Below are positions 50,859 to 64,000 of a stretch of 64,000 nt of DNA, in pieces (the stretch's first letter is position 1; each line of letters opens with the position of its first letter). The notes under the pieces were generated by a model. That model was given only the letters and a program-made list of their open reading frames with translations, did not search any database and was not told the origin of the DNA. The stretch lies in the NCBI GenBank assembly GCA_044223005.1, contig JBGAML010000006.1:128001-192000 (forward strand). The letters run 5' to 3'. A program made the translations under genes and the position numbers. The stretch is from Candidatus Eiseniibacteriota bacterium (GTDB lineage: Bacteria > Eisenbacteria > RBG-16-71-46).

Positions 50859-51458
50859 TCAGGTGGTCCGGACCGGGGGCCCCGGATCCGGGCGGCGGCG
50901 CGAACGGACGAACAGCGTCGCGCCGATCACGATCAGCACCAGCGCCACGAACGGCACCAGGATCGCCATCGCCGACACGACCCCGGCCGTCAGGTCCTCG
51001 CCGGCCGAGAGGACCGGGTTGGCGTGGCCGAGCGTGAGCGCCGTGCTGCCGAGCCGGAGCTTGGCCTTGGCGGCGTGGATGCCCAGCGCGCCCGCGCCGA
51101 GGATCAGCGCGGCGATCGCGGCGAGGGCGGGATTCACGTTGCCGAAGGTCGCCCAGCCCGCGACCGCGGCCGCAGCGGGCCGCACGAACGTCGCGAGCAC
51201 GTCGAGCGCATGGTCGACCACCGGGATCTTGTCGGCGGCCAGTTCGACGACCGCCGCGATCCCCAGCGTCCACAGGGCCACGTCGCTGCCCAGCCAGCCG
51301 GCCTGGGAGGAGAGGTGGACCGCCCCGAAGCGCGATCCCAGCGCGAGCGCGAGGAGCGGCAGGAAGGCCCGGAGGCCGCAGGCGGCGGCGATGCAGACAC
51401 CGGCGACGGCGGCGAAGGCGAGTTGGGGGGGGGACACGGCGGTGACGGTGTCCAGCAT
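50859..51458 (-). CDS. DUF4126 family membrane protein
   Basis: A.GLRAFLPLL, E..ADKIP.VDHALD, RPAA, NP.LS..ED motifs. Confidence 0.88.
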   Translation of the reverse strand: MLDTVTAVSPPQLAFAAVAGVCIAAACGLRAFLPLLALALGSRFGAVHLSSQAGWLGSDVALWTLGIAAVVELAADKIPVVDHALDVLATFVRPAAAAVAGWATFGNVNPALAAIAALILGAGALGIHAAKAKLRLGSTALTLGHANPVLSAGEDLTAGVVSAMAILVPFVALVLIVIGATLFVRSRRRPDPGPPVRTT

Positions 51459-51584
51459 GGCGTCTCCCAGGGGTTGGACGGATGGTCCGGTCGGAGGATT
51501 GCGCACCCGGGGGGTGGTGTCTATGCTCCTCCGTTCCGGCAGCCGACTGCGGCTCCGGATTCTACGTGATCAGGAGCGTCCACG

Positions 51585-52805
51585 TTGCCCCTCCCCGTCT
51601 CGACCTGGGTGGAAGTCGACCTCGACCGGTTCCATGCGAACCTGCGGGCCATGCGTGGCCTGATCGGGCCCGGGCGCGAGATCTTGTTGGTAGCCAAGGC
51701 GGATGCGTACGGCCACGGCGCCCGGGAGATGGCCGCGGCGGCCGAGTCGGTGGGGGTCACCCAGCTGGGCGTGGCGACGCTGCACGAGGGGCTCCAGCTC
51801 CGCCAGTCGGGTTGCCGGCTTCCGATCGTCTGTCTCTCGCCGCTGCTGCCGGCCGAGATCGAGGACGCGGTGGCGAACGGCATCGACCCGACCGTGGGCG
51901 ACGAGGCGTTCGCGCGCGAACTTTCGCGCGTCGCCGTCGCGACGGGGCACGCGGTGCGCTTCCACGTCGAGATCGACACGGGCATGGGCCGCATCGGCGT
52001 GCGTGAGGAGCAGGCGGAAGCGTTCCTCGCGCGCGTGAGCGCGCTGCCGGGGCTGCGCGCGGCGAGCGTCTACACGCACTTCCCGGACGCCGACGGCGCC
52101 GACCTGGGTTTCGCGGCCGCGCAGGTGCAGCGCTTCCGTGCATTGCTCGAGCGTCTCGAGCAGCGCGGGATCCGGCCGCCGCGCGCGCACGCCGCGAACA
52201 GCGCCGGCACGGTGAACCTGCCCGACGCGTGGCTCGACTGGGTGCGCCTCGGGCTCGTCGCCTACGGCGTGCACCCGCCGCGCGACGAGGCGAAGCCGCC
52301 GGTCGCGCCGGTGATGTCGCTGCGCAGCCGGCTCGTGCAGGTGCGCGAGCTGCCGGCGGGCGCGACGATCAGCTACGGGCGCACGTTCACGACGGCGCGG
52401 CCCTCGCGGATCGGCGTGGTGCCGATCGGCTACGGCCACGGCTACTCGTGGCTGCTCTCCAATCGCGGCGAGATGCTGCTCGCGGGCCGGCGCGTGCCGA
52501 TCCGCGGCCGCGTGACGATGGACCTGACGCTGGTGGACGTGACCGACGTGCCGGAGGCGGCGGTCGGTGACGAGCTCGTGCTGTTCGGCGAGCAGGAGGG
52601 CGCGCGCATCACGGTCGAGGAGTTCGCGGCCTGGAGCGAGACGCTGCCCTACGAAGTGATGTGCACGATCGGCAAGCGGGTGCCGCGGCTCTACCGCCAG
52701 GGCGGGGGCGCGGTCCGCATGACGACACTGGTCGGCGAGCGGCCCGAGTGGACCGCCGCCGCGGACGCCTACATCCGCCGGCGCGAGGCGCCGGCGTCAC
52801 GATAG
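51585..52805 (+). CDS. alr: Alanine racemase
   Basis: VAKADAYGHG (PLP Lys), IDTGMGRIG, HAANSA, ISYG, PIGY..G, GRV.MD. Confidence 0.97.
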   Translation: MPLPVSTWVEVDLDRFHANLRAMRGLIGPGREILLVAKADAYGHGAREMAAAAESVGVTQLGVATLHEGLQLRQSGCRLPIVCLSPLLPAEIEDAVANGIDPTVGDEAFARELSRVAVATGHAVRFHVEIDTGMGRIGVREEQAEAFLARVSALPGLRAASVYTHFPDADGADLGFAAAQVQRFRALLERLEQRGIRPPRAHAANSAGTVNLPDAWLDWVRLGLVAYGVHPPRDEAKPPVAPVMSLRSRLVQVRELPAGATISYGRTFTTARPSRIGVVPIGYGHGYSWLLSNRGEMLLAGRRVPIRGRVTMDLTLVDVTDVPEAAVGDELVLFGEQEGARITVEEFAAWSETLPYEVMCTIGKRVPRLYRQGGGAVRMTTLVGERPEWTAAADAYIRRREAPASR

Positions 52806-52818
52806 ACGGGGGAGCAGC

Positions 52819-53985
52819 ATGCGCATCTTCCTGATCGTCCTCGACGGCGTGGGCATCGGCGAACTGCCGGACGCAGATGCGTACGGCGACGCCGGCAGCC
52901 ACACGCTGCTGCACGTCGCCGAGCACGCGGGCGGGCTGTCGCTGCCGGTCATGGAGTCGCTCGGGCTCGGCCGGCTGGTCGCGCTGCCGGGCGTGCGTGC
53001 GATCGCCGATCCGCTGGGCGCGCGCGCTCGGCTCGCCGAACGCTCGGCGGGCAAGGACAGCACGACGGGGCACTGGGAGATGATGGGCATCGTGCTGCCG
53101 CAGGCGTTCCCGACCTATCCGCAGGGCTTCCCGCTCGAACTGCTCGAGCGCTGGTGCGAGAAGGTGGGCCGCGGCTGGCTGGGCAACTGCACCGCGTCGG
53201 GCACCGAGATCATCACGCGGCTGGGCGAGCAGCACCAGCAGAGCGGCAAGTACATCGTCTACACGTCGGCGGACTCGGTGTTCCAGGTCGCGGCGCACGA
53301 GACGACCGTGCCGCTCGACGAGCTCTACGCCGCGTGCCGCACGGCGCGCGAGATGCTCACGGGCGAGCACGCGGTCGGCCGCGTGATCGCGCGGCCGTTC
53401 GTGGGGGCTCCGGGCAGCTACACGCGCACGACGAACCGGCGCGACTTCTCGCTCGAGCCGCTCGAGCCGACGGTCATGGACCGGATGGTCGAGCGCGGCC
53501 ACCGGGTGATCACGGTGGGCAAGGTGGACGACCTGTTCGCGGGCAGGGGCGTTTCGGACGGGATCCACACCAAGAGTAATGCCGAGGGCGAGGACGTCCT
53601 GCTCGACCTCGCGAAGAAGCCGGGCGAGGGGCTGGTGTTCGCCAACCTCGTGGATTTCGACACGCAATACGGGCACCGGAACGACCCGGCCGGATTCGCC
53701 CGCGCACTGGTACAGTTCGACGAGCGTCTCGGGCAGCTGCTGCCGCTGCTGCGGGACGACGAGATGGTGTGGGTGACGGCGGACCACGGCAACGATCCGA
53801 CGACGCCCAGCACCGATCACGCCCGCGAGTACACGCCCCTGCTGGTCGCAGGGCCGCGCGTGCGGCGCGGGGCGGACCTGGGGACGCGGAGTACGTTCGC
53901 GGACCTGGGTGCCACGGTGGCCGAGGTGTTCGGCGTTCCGGCGCCGCGTTTCGGCACCAGCTTCCTCAAGGAGTTGCGAGCGTGA
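52819..53985 (+). CDS. deoB: Phosphopentomutase
   Basis: [54 protein letters not shown]. Confidence 0.97.
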   Translation: MRIFLIVLDGVGIGELPDADAYGDAGSHTLLHVAEHAGGLSLPVMESLGLGRLVALPGVRAIADPLGARARLAERSAGKDSTTGHWEMMGIVLPQAFPTYPQGFPLELLERWCEKVGRGWLGNCTASGTEIITRLGEQHQQSGKYIVYTSADSVFQVAAHETTVPLDELYAACRTAREMLTGEHAVGRVIARPFVGAPGSYTRTTNRRDFSLEPLEPTVMDRMVERGHRVITVGKVDDLFAGRGVSDGIHTKSNAEGEDVLLDLAKKPGEGLVFANLVDFDTQYGHRNDPAGFARALVQFDERLGQLLPLLRDDEMVWVTADHGNDPTTPSTDHAREYTPLLVAGPRVRRGADLGTRSTFADLGATVAEVFGVPAPRFGTSFLKELRA

Positions 53986-54436
53986 CCCTCAAGGCACTGA
54001 TGGCCGCAGCCGAGAAGGCGCGGCGCGAGTCGTATTCGCCCTATTCGAAGTTCGCGGTGGGCGCCGCGCTGCTCACGGGCTCCGGTCGTGTCGTGACCGG
54101 CTGCAACGTGGAGAACTCGTCGTTCGGGCTCGCGTGCTGCGCCGAGCGCACCGCGGTGTTCAAGGCGGTGAGCGAGGGCGAGCGCGAGTTCCTCGCCGTG
54201 GCGATCACGGCGGGCGACGGCCACCGCGCGGCCCCGTGCGGCGCGTGCCGCCAGGTGCTCTACGAGTTCTCGCGCACGATGTGGGTGTACTTCCGCGACG
54301 GCAAGGGCGGCGTGATCCGCCGCCGGATCGACGCGCTTCTCGCCGAGGGCTTCCACCTGAGCGAGGAGCTCGAGCCGAAGAAGGCCGCGACGCGCAAGCC
54401 CGCGAAGGCGAAGGCGCGCGCGAAGCGAGGTGCGCG

Positions 54437-54440
<4 letters not shown>
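53982..54440 (+). CDS. cdd: Cytidine deaminase (tetrameric type)
   Basis: [31 protein letters not shown]. Confidence 0.95.
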
Positions 54441-55389
<949 letters not shown>

Positions 55390-55390
<1 letters not shown>

Positions 55391-56694
55391 TGGCGATCGA
55401 CGCGCGTGATTTCATCCGTACCAAGCGGGACCGCCACACGCACGACCCGGCTGCGGTGCGCGAGTTCGTGGCCGCGTACCTGCGCAAGGAGATTCCGGAC
55501 TACCAGGTGAGCGCCTGGCTGATGGCCGCGTTCCTGAACGGCCTCGACGGCCCCGAGACCGACGCGCTGACGCACGGCCTGCTGCACTCGGGCCGCGTGT
55601 TCGACTGGAGCGCGCTCGGACGGCCGTCCGCCGACAAGCACTCCACGGGCGGCGTGGGCGACAAGATCTCGCTCATGCTGGCGCCGCTGGTCGCCGCGTG
55701 CGGCGTGCTGGTGCCGATGGTGTCGGGCCGCGGGCTCGGCCACACCGGCGGCACGCTCGACAAGCTGGAGTCGATCCCGGGCTTCCAGACGACGCTCTCG
55801 CCCGACGTGATGCGCAAGCAGCTGGACGCGATCGGCGTCGTGATGGTGGGCCAGGGACCCGACCTCGCGCCCGCCGACGGCCTCTTCTACGCGCTGCGCG
55901 ACGTGACGTCGACGGTGGAGTTCGAGCCGTTCATCGTCTCGAGCATCGTGAGCAAGAAGATCGCCGAGGGCGCGGGCTCGATCGCCTACGACGTGAAGTG
56001 CGGCAGCGGCGCGTTCATGAAGACGCGCGAGACGGCGCGCAGCCTGGCCAAGCGCCTGGTCGCGACGTCGCAGGCGCTCGGCGCGAAGGCGGCGGCGCTC
56101 ATCACCGACATGAACTGGCCGCTGGGTGGCGCCGTCGGCAACGCGCTCGAAGTGCGCGAGGCCTGCGAGACGCTGCACGGCAAGGGCCCCGCGGACACGC
56201 GGGCGCTCACGCTGGACCTCGCGGCCGTGATGCTGCGGCTCGCGGGCACGGATCCGGACGACGCGGCGGCGCGGAAGCGCGCCGAGAAGGCGCTCGATTC
56301 GGGCGCGGCGTGGGAGAAGTTCCTCGAGATGGTGCGCGCGCAGGGCGGCGACCCGAAGAGCGTCGAGAACGCGGCGCGCCTGCACCCGGCGCCCGTGATC
56401 ACGATGGTCCCGGCGCCGCGCGACGGCGTCATGGCGGCGTGCGATTCGTTCGCGCTGGGCGAGCTCGGCGTGGCGATCGGCGGCGGCCGGCGCGCCAAGG
56501 AGGACGCGATCGATCCGCGCGTCGGCCTGGTGATCCTGCGCCAGCCGGGAGACCGCGTGAAGGCGGGCGAGCCGATCGCCGAGCTGCACCTGTCGGGGCC
56601 CGACGCGGGCGCCGTCGAGCGCGCGGCGGAGTGCTTCACGATCGCCGACACGGCCGAGCCGCGCGGCGAGGTGGTGCTGGAGCGGATCGGGTAG
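55390..56694 (+). CDS. pdp: Pyrimidine-nucleoside/thymidine phosphorylase
   Basis: DKHSTGGVGDK, SGRGLGHTGGTLDKLESIPG, ALRDVT.TV, DVK.GSGAFMK. Confidence 0.95.
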
Positions 56695-56719
56695 CGCGAT
56701 TCGCTCTCGCGGAAACGCA

Positions 56720-56751
56720 ACGGCCCCGTGCGCGAAGGCGCGCGGGGCCGT
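56720..56751. terminator. Hairpin between convergent pdp and PBP1A genes
   Basis: ACGGCCCCGTGCGC-gaag-GCGCGCGGGGCCGT. Confidence 0.65.
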
Positions 56752-56764
56752 GGTGCGTTCGGCC

Positions 56765-58960
56765 CTACCGGATATGCAGCTCGTCCGGCTTGCGGTTGCG
56801 GTCGGCCTGGTCGATCTGGCGGATGTCCGACGGCGCGGCCTTCGGCGCGTTGGGATTCGCGGGCGCGCCGGACGACGACGGCGGGATGTCGGACTGCAGC
56901 GGCTTGCCGGGGTGCGTCGTGCAGTACTCGGTCGGCTCCGAGCCTTCCGCGAACAACTCGGTCGTCACGTTCGGGCATGCGTCGGTGGCGAGCATGCCGG
57001 ACTCGGCGCACACGATGCGGCTCGACGTGCCCTCGGGGACGGGGAAGTCCTCGGGCGGCCGGCCGCGCGTCCAGCCGATCATGATGTCGGTCCACGCGGG
57101 CAGTGCGGCGGCGGCGCCGGTCATCCCCGGCCCGATCGTCTTCTTCTCGTCGTAGCCGACCCAGACGCCGCACACGAGGCTCGGGACGTAGCCCACGAAC
57201 CACGCGTCCATGTAGTCGTCCATCGTGCCGGTCTTGCCCGCCGCGGGGGCGGTGAAGCCGCGTGCGCGCGCCGGGTAGCCGGTGCCGTGGTCCATGACGG
57301 ACTGCAGCATGCTGGTCATGGTGGCCGCCGTGCCCTCGGAGAGCACCTCGAGGGGCTTGGGGGCGTAGCGCTCGAGCACGTTGCCCGCGCGGTCCTCGAC
57401 CTTGAGCACCACCACGGGCTCGTTGCGCAGGCCGTGGTTCGCCAGCACGGCATACGCCGACGTGATGTCCAGGAGCGTGACCTCGCTGCTGCCGAGCGCG
57501 AGCGAGAGGTTCTGGCCGATCGGCGTCTTGATGCCCATCTTGCGCGCGTACGACGCCACCAGCGAGACGCCGACCTTGCGCAGCAGCTTGATCGCGGGAA
57601 TGTTGATCGACTGCTGCAGCGCGTAGCGCAGGGTGACGGGGCCGCGATACGTGTGATCGTAGTTCTGGGGCGCGTAGGGTTTGCCGTTGCCGCCCGGGAA
57701 CGTGACCGGCTCGTCCACGATGATGTCGGTGGGCTTGAAGCCGTTGTCCATCGCGGCGGTGTAGACGAACGGCTTGAACGACGACCCGGGCTGCCGGCGC
57801 GCCTGCAGCGCGCGGTTGAAGTTGCTCTGGTTCCAGTCGCGGCCGCCCACGAGCGCGCGCACGTAGCCGTTGCGCGGATCGATCGCGACCACCGCGCCCT
57901 GCAGGTAAGGCGTCTTGCCCGCGCGCGGGGTGTTCGCGGCCGGCATCACGAAGTTCGCGAGCGTCGACTTGAGCTTGAGCTGCGCTTCGAGGGCTTCCAG
58001 CTGGCGCTCGAGCGAGCGCTCGGCGAGCTGCTGCAGGTCCATGTCGATCGTCGTCCAGACCTTGAGCCCGCCCTCGTAGACGGCGTTCGAGCCGTACTTC
58101 TCGTCGAGGTGCAGCCGCACCATCTCGACCAGGTACGGCGCGCGTTCGTTGTTGTAGCGCACCGGCGTGACGCCGAGCGGCGCGTGCTCGGCGTTGTCGA
58201 GCTGCACCTGCGTGATCGCGCCGGTCGCGAGCATGTTGCGCAGCACCTTGGAGCGGCGCAGGAGCGCGGCCTTCGGCGCCCGGCGCGGGGAGTAGAGGCT
58301 CGGGTTCGCGGGAATGCCCGCGAGCAGCGCGCACTCGGGCAGGGTCAGCTCGCGGAGCGGTTTGGCGTAATACGTCTTCGCCGCGGCCTCGACGCCGTAC
58401 GCGCCCTCACCGAAGTAGATCTGGTTGAAGTACATCTCCAGGATCTGGTCCTTGGAGTAGTTGCGCTCGAGCTCGATCGCGAGCGCGACTTCCTTGAGCT
58501 TGCGCGTGAACGTGCGCTCCTGGGTGAGGAACAGGTTGCGCGCGAGCTGCTGCGTGATGGTGCTGCCGCCCTGCGTGCGGCGCATGTGCATCACGTCGGT
58601 CACCGCGGCGCGCGCGACGCCCCACATGTCGACGCCCCAGTGCGTGTAGAAGCTGCGGTCCTCGGTCGACAGCGTGGCGTTGACCAGGTTGCGCGGGATG
58701 TCGTGCAGCGCGACCGGGGAGCGGTTCTCGCGGTAGAACTCGTGGAGCACGCGGCCGCGCACGTCGTAGACCGTGGTCTTGACGGGGGCCTGGATCGTGG
58801 CGACCTGCTCGGGCGTGGGCAGGTCGCGGCGCAGCCACTGCACCAGGCCGAAGACGGCACCGGCGGATCCGAACACCGCGACGAGCACGACCGTGAAGAA
58901 GAACTTCCACGGGAAGCGCCTCGCGGCGCGAACGGCGGGATGAGCCATGGAGGGAGGCAC
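56765..58960 (-). CDS. mrcA: Class A penicillin-binding protein (PBP1A family)
   Basis: N-terminal TM; ED..F..H.GVD, GGSTITQQL, RK..E transglycosylase motifs; SSFK, SIN, KTGT transpeptidase motifs. Confidence 0.92.
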   Translation of the reverse strand: MPPSMAHPAVRAARRFPWKFFFTVVLVAVFGSAGAVFGLVQWLRRDLPTPEQVATIQAPVKTTVYDVRGRVLHEFYRENRSPVALHDIPRNLVNATLSTEDRSFYTHWGVDMWGVARAAVTDVMHMRRTQGGSTITQQLARNLFLTQERTFTRKLKEVALAIELERNYSKDQILEMYFNQIYFGEGAYGVEAAAKTYYAKPLRELTLPECALLAGIPANPSLYSPRRAPKAALLRRSKVLRNMLATGAITQVQLDNAEHAPLGVTPVRYNNERAPYLVEMVRLHLDEKYGSNAVYEGGLKVWTTIDMDLQQLAERSLERQLEALEAQLKLKSTLANFVMPAANTPRAGKTPYLQGAVVAIDPRNGYVRALVGGRDWNQSNFNRALQARRQPGSSFKPFVYTAAMDNGFKPTDIIVDEPVTFPGGNGKPYAPQNYDHTYRGPVTLRYALQQSINIPAIKLLRKVGVSLVASYARKMGIKTPIGQNLSLALGSSEVTLLDITSAYAVLANHGLRNEPVVVLKVEDRAGNVLERYAPKPLEVLSEGTAATMTSMLQSVMDHGTGYPARARGFTAPAAGKTGTMDDYMDAWFVGYVPSLVCGVWVGYDEKKTIGPGMTGAAAALPAWTDIMIGWTRGRPPEDFPVPEGTSSRIVCAESGMLATDACPNVTTELFAEGSEPTEYCTTHPGKPLQSDIPPSSSGAPANPNAPKAAPSDIRQIDQADRNRKPDELHIR

Positions 58961-59033
58961 GACTCCTTTCGTGACGAAGCTCCCGTGAGCGTAGGCGCCG
59001 CCCCCGCGGGGGGCAAGCGCCGGCCCGCGGCGG

Positions 59034-60323
59034 TCAGGACGCGACGTCGAGCAGGCTGTATGTCTTCTTGCCGCGGCGCAGGACGATGAAGCGGCCCGCG
59101 AGCAGGTCCGCGGTGCCGAGCCGGCGCGCGTCCTCGCGCACCACCTCGTGGTTCACGGACACGGCGCCCTGCTGGATCGACGTGCGCGCCTGCCCCTTGG
59201 AGGGCGCGAGTCCGCACTGCACCAGCGCGCTCGGCAGGTCGAGAGCGCCGTCGCCTTCGAGCGCGCTGCGCGCGATCGTCGCGCGCGGCGCCTCGCGCAG
59301 GCCTTCCTCGAGCTCGGCGAGCGAGAGCGTGCGCAGGTCGCCGCCGTCGAAGAGCACGCTCGTCGTGCGCTTCGCGCTCTCGAGCGCGTCCGCGCCGTGC
59401 ACCATGTCGGTCACGGTCGCGGCGAGCGCGCGATGCGCCTCGCGGCGCTCGGGATGCGCGGCGTGCGCGGCGCCCAGCGCGTCGAGTTCGGCGCGCGACA
59501 TGAAGGTGAAGTAGTTCAGGTAGCGCAGCACGTCGCCGTCGTCGGTGTTGAGCCAGAACTGGTAGAACGCGAACGGGCTCGTGCGCCGCGCGTCGATCCA
59601 CACGTTGCCCGACTCGCTCTTGCCGAACTTGCTGCCGTCGGATTTGGTGACGAGCGGCTGCGTGAGCCCGTAGGCGCTGCCCTGGCGCAGGCGGCGGATG
59701 AGCTCGCAGCCGTCGGTGATGTTGCCCCACTGGTCGCTGCCGCCGACCTGCAGCCGGCAGCCGAAGCGGTCGTAGAGCGCGAGGAAGTCGTAGGCCTGCA
59801 GCAGCGCGTACGAGAACTCGGTGTACGAAATGCCCTGGTCGCGGCCCGACAGGCGCAGCTGCACCGAATCGCGCTGGATCATCGCGTTCACGGAGAAGTG
59901 CTTGCCGATGTCGCGCAGGAACTCGATCAGCTGGAGCTTGCCGAGCCACTCCGAGTTGTCGACGAGTCGCGCGGCGTGCGCGCCCGAGAAGTCGAGGTAG
60001 CGCTCGAGCTGCGCGCGGATGCCCGCGACGTTCGCGTCGATCTGTTCGCGCGTGAGCATCGTGCGCTCGGCGCTCTTGCCGCTCGGATCGCCGATCATGC
60101 CGGTGCCACCGCCGACGACCGCGATGGGCGTGTGGCCCGCGCGCTGCAGGCGCACGAGTGCGAGCACCTGCAGCAGGCTGCCCACGTGCAGGCTGTCCGC
60201 GGTGGGATCGAAGCCGATGTAGGCGGTGACGGATTCGCGCTGCAGCAGGTCGACCAGTTCGGGTGACGTGGACTGGTGCACCAGGCCGCGCTGCGAGAGA
60301 TCCTCGAAAAAGCCCGGATTCAT
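59034..60323 (-). CDS. tyrS: Tyrosine--tRNA ligase
   Basis: YIGFDPTADSLHVG, GGSDQWGNI, KFGKS, S4 domain ending RRGKK. Confidence 0.98.
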   Translation of the reverse strand: MNPGFFEDLSQRGLVHQSTSPELVDLLQRESVTAYIGFDPTADSLHVGSLLQVLALVRLQRAGHTPIAVVGGGTGMIGDPSGKSAERTMLTREQIDANVAGIRAQLERYLDFSGAHAARLVDNSEWLGKLQLIEFLRDIGKHFSVNAMIQRDSVQLRLSGRDQGISYTEFSYALLQAYDFLALYDRFGCRLQVGGSDQWGNITDGCELIRRLRQGSAYGLTQPLVTKSDGSKFGKSESGNVWIDARRTSPFAFYQFWLNTDDGDVLRYLNYFTFMSRAELDALGAAHAAHPERREAHRALAATVTDMVHGADALESAKRTTSVLFDGGDLRTLSLAELEEGLREAPRATIARSALEGDGALDLPSALVQCGLAPSKGQARTSIQQGAVSVNHEVVREDARRLGTADLLAGRFIVLRRGKKTYSLLDVAS

Positions 60324-60553
60324 TGGGTTCTGGCTCCGATTTCGCCCCGGGAGGGGGCGTGCGACCGCGACAGGGCGCGCCGATCGCGCCCAGGGAAGCG
60401 TTGATAGCGCAGCGGCCCTGCGGCGTCCAGTGGGCGGGCCGAGGGGCTTGGGAGGCCCCGGAAGGGGAGCGGGAGAGGGGCCCGGGAAAAGGCCCGAATT
60501 CGCCCGTAACTCGTTGTTTTACAACGCTCGAGATAAAAAGTACCTGCGGGCAC

Positions 60554-60651
60554 TTGACGCCGGGGAGAATCGCACCTATATTGCCGTCGCTGCAGGAACA
60601 AGCCCTCTAGAAAAAAGTCGGTTGACTTCTTCCTACGACAAAGGCTAAGTT
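60554..60651 (+). promoter_or_regulatory. Tandem rRNA promoters P1/P2
   Basis: P1 TTGACG-17-TATATT (60554-82); P2 TTGACT-18-TAAGTT (60622-51); A-tract UP-like elements before each. Confidence 0.8.
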
Positions 60652-60659
60652 CCCCGTCC

Positions 60660-60707
60660 GCTTCTCGCCACGCGAGAAGCGTTCGACGTGTCTCCGATCT
60701 TTGAAAA
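60660..60707 (+). promoter_or_regulatory. rrn antitermination boxB/boxA
   Basis: GCTTCTCGC-cac-GCGAGAAGC hairpin, then GATCTTTGAAAA; a second boxA (GATCTTTGACAA) at 62931 in the spacer. Confidence 0.75.
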
Positions 60708-60838
60708 TTGAATAGCGCGCGTGACTTTGAAGGCCCGGCAAGTCCGCGTCCTCGATCCGCTTTGGATCGTGGATGTGTTTACCTTGCAATGATCCATGTG
60801 CGTGGAGCTCTGCTCTCCGCACGTGATCTCCATTATTT

Positions 60839-62399
<1,561 letters not shown>

Positions 62400-62641
62400 G
62401 GGAGACATGTTGTCGGACACCTTCGGGTGTCGCGATGACAGACCTCTTAGGTCGAACTTCCGGGTCTTCAAAGCGCGCGCGCTATTCTTCTCTCATTCTG
62501 GCGCCTGCCTCCGCGGGCCACGACGACGCCCGTCGTCGCGCGGCGGTTCAAGGCAAGGAGTCACCCAGGCGGTGACTTCTGGGCGAGGGAGGGAGTGCTC
62601 CATCAGCATTCCTGGCGCGAACTCCTCCACGACGCTGCGGT

Positions 62642-62718
<77 letters not shown>

Positions 62719-62753
62719 TCTCTTTCGCCCGCGGCCAGCTCTTCGAACGTGTT

Positions 62754-62829
62754 GGGGATATAGCTCAACTGGGAGAGCGCCGGCTTTGCAAGCCGGAGGC
62801 TGCGGGTTCGAGCCCCGCTATCTCCACCA
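62754..62829 (+). tRNA. tRNA-Ala(TGC)
   Basis: Anticodon TGC; G3:U70 pair; encoded CCA. Confidence 0.97.
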
Positions 62830-62991
62830 GAAATCGAGAGAGGACCGGGATCCTTCCTGGTTCCATATATCGATATTCGCGATGCCGATCGCTTTGCGAG
62901 CGCGTCGCCCACTCCTCACCGAGTGGAATCGATCTTTGACAATCGAATACGAGACGCTGGGTATACACAGTTGAAGCACCTTAGAAAATCC

Positions 62992-64000
<1,009 letters not shown>

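Noticed and set aside
51425..51433. G9 homopolymer in the DUF4126 gene as a phase-variation tract
   Set aside because: The frame is intact (Ser-Pro-Pro-Gln) and such runs are unsurprising at this GC content.

Overview
High-GC bacterial chromosome segment, mostly housekeeping. In order: the 3' end of lysA; an accessory stretch (ACP-like membrane ORF, DUF222-type HNH endonuclease, two large secreted proteins with FlgD/T9SS-like C-terminal domains, a Cys-rich secreted peptide); etfBA and a complex I operon nuoA-H,J-N that lacks nuoI; moeA/moaC; a DUF6249 / ECF sigma / zinc anti-sigma module; a stand-alone sigma54 activator; AlaX; a DEAD-box helicase; mutM; a peptidoglycan-recycling cluster (murQ, SBP, anmK, spoIID-like); tRNA-Asp followed by a compositionally atypical membrane-protein gene; a third FlgD-CTD propeller protein; a 77-aa hyper-acidic mini-protein; rlmI, DUF1844, mazG; a pseudo-receiver plus an NtrC-type two-component pair; DUF4126; alr-deoB-cdd-deoC-pdp; PBP1A; tyrS; and an rRNA operon (16S, tRNA-Ile, tRNA-Ala, partial 23S). 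The abundance of FlgD-CTD proteins suggests a Candidatus Eisenbacteria/FCB-adjacent lineage (inference; classify the 16S to test). Best leads: (1) DeoC with an N-terminal microcompartment-encapsulation-peptide-like helix and CxxC linker, in a deo operon with no shell genes; (2) a separately promoted, 62% acidic mini-protein behind a structured leader; (3) an HNH nuclease with a RuvA-CTD-like tail; (4) the missing nuoI; (5) mirror-image ECF promoters. All calls come from reading motifs by eye; no database searches were run. Start codons were adjusted by hand using RBS positions and gene overlaps.
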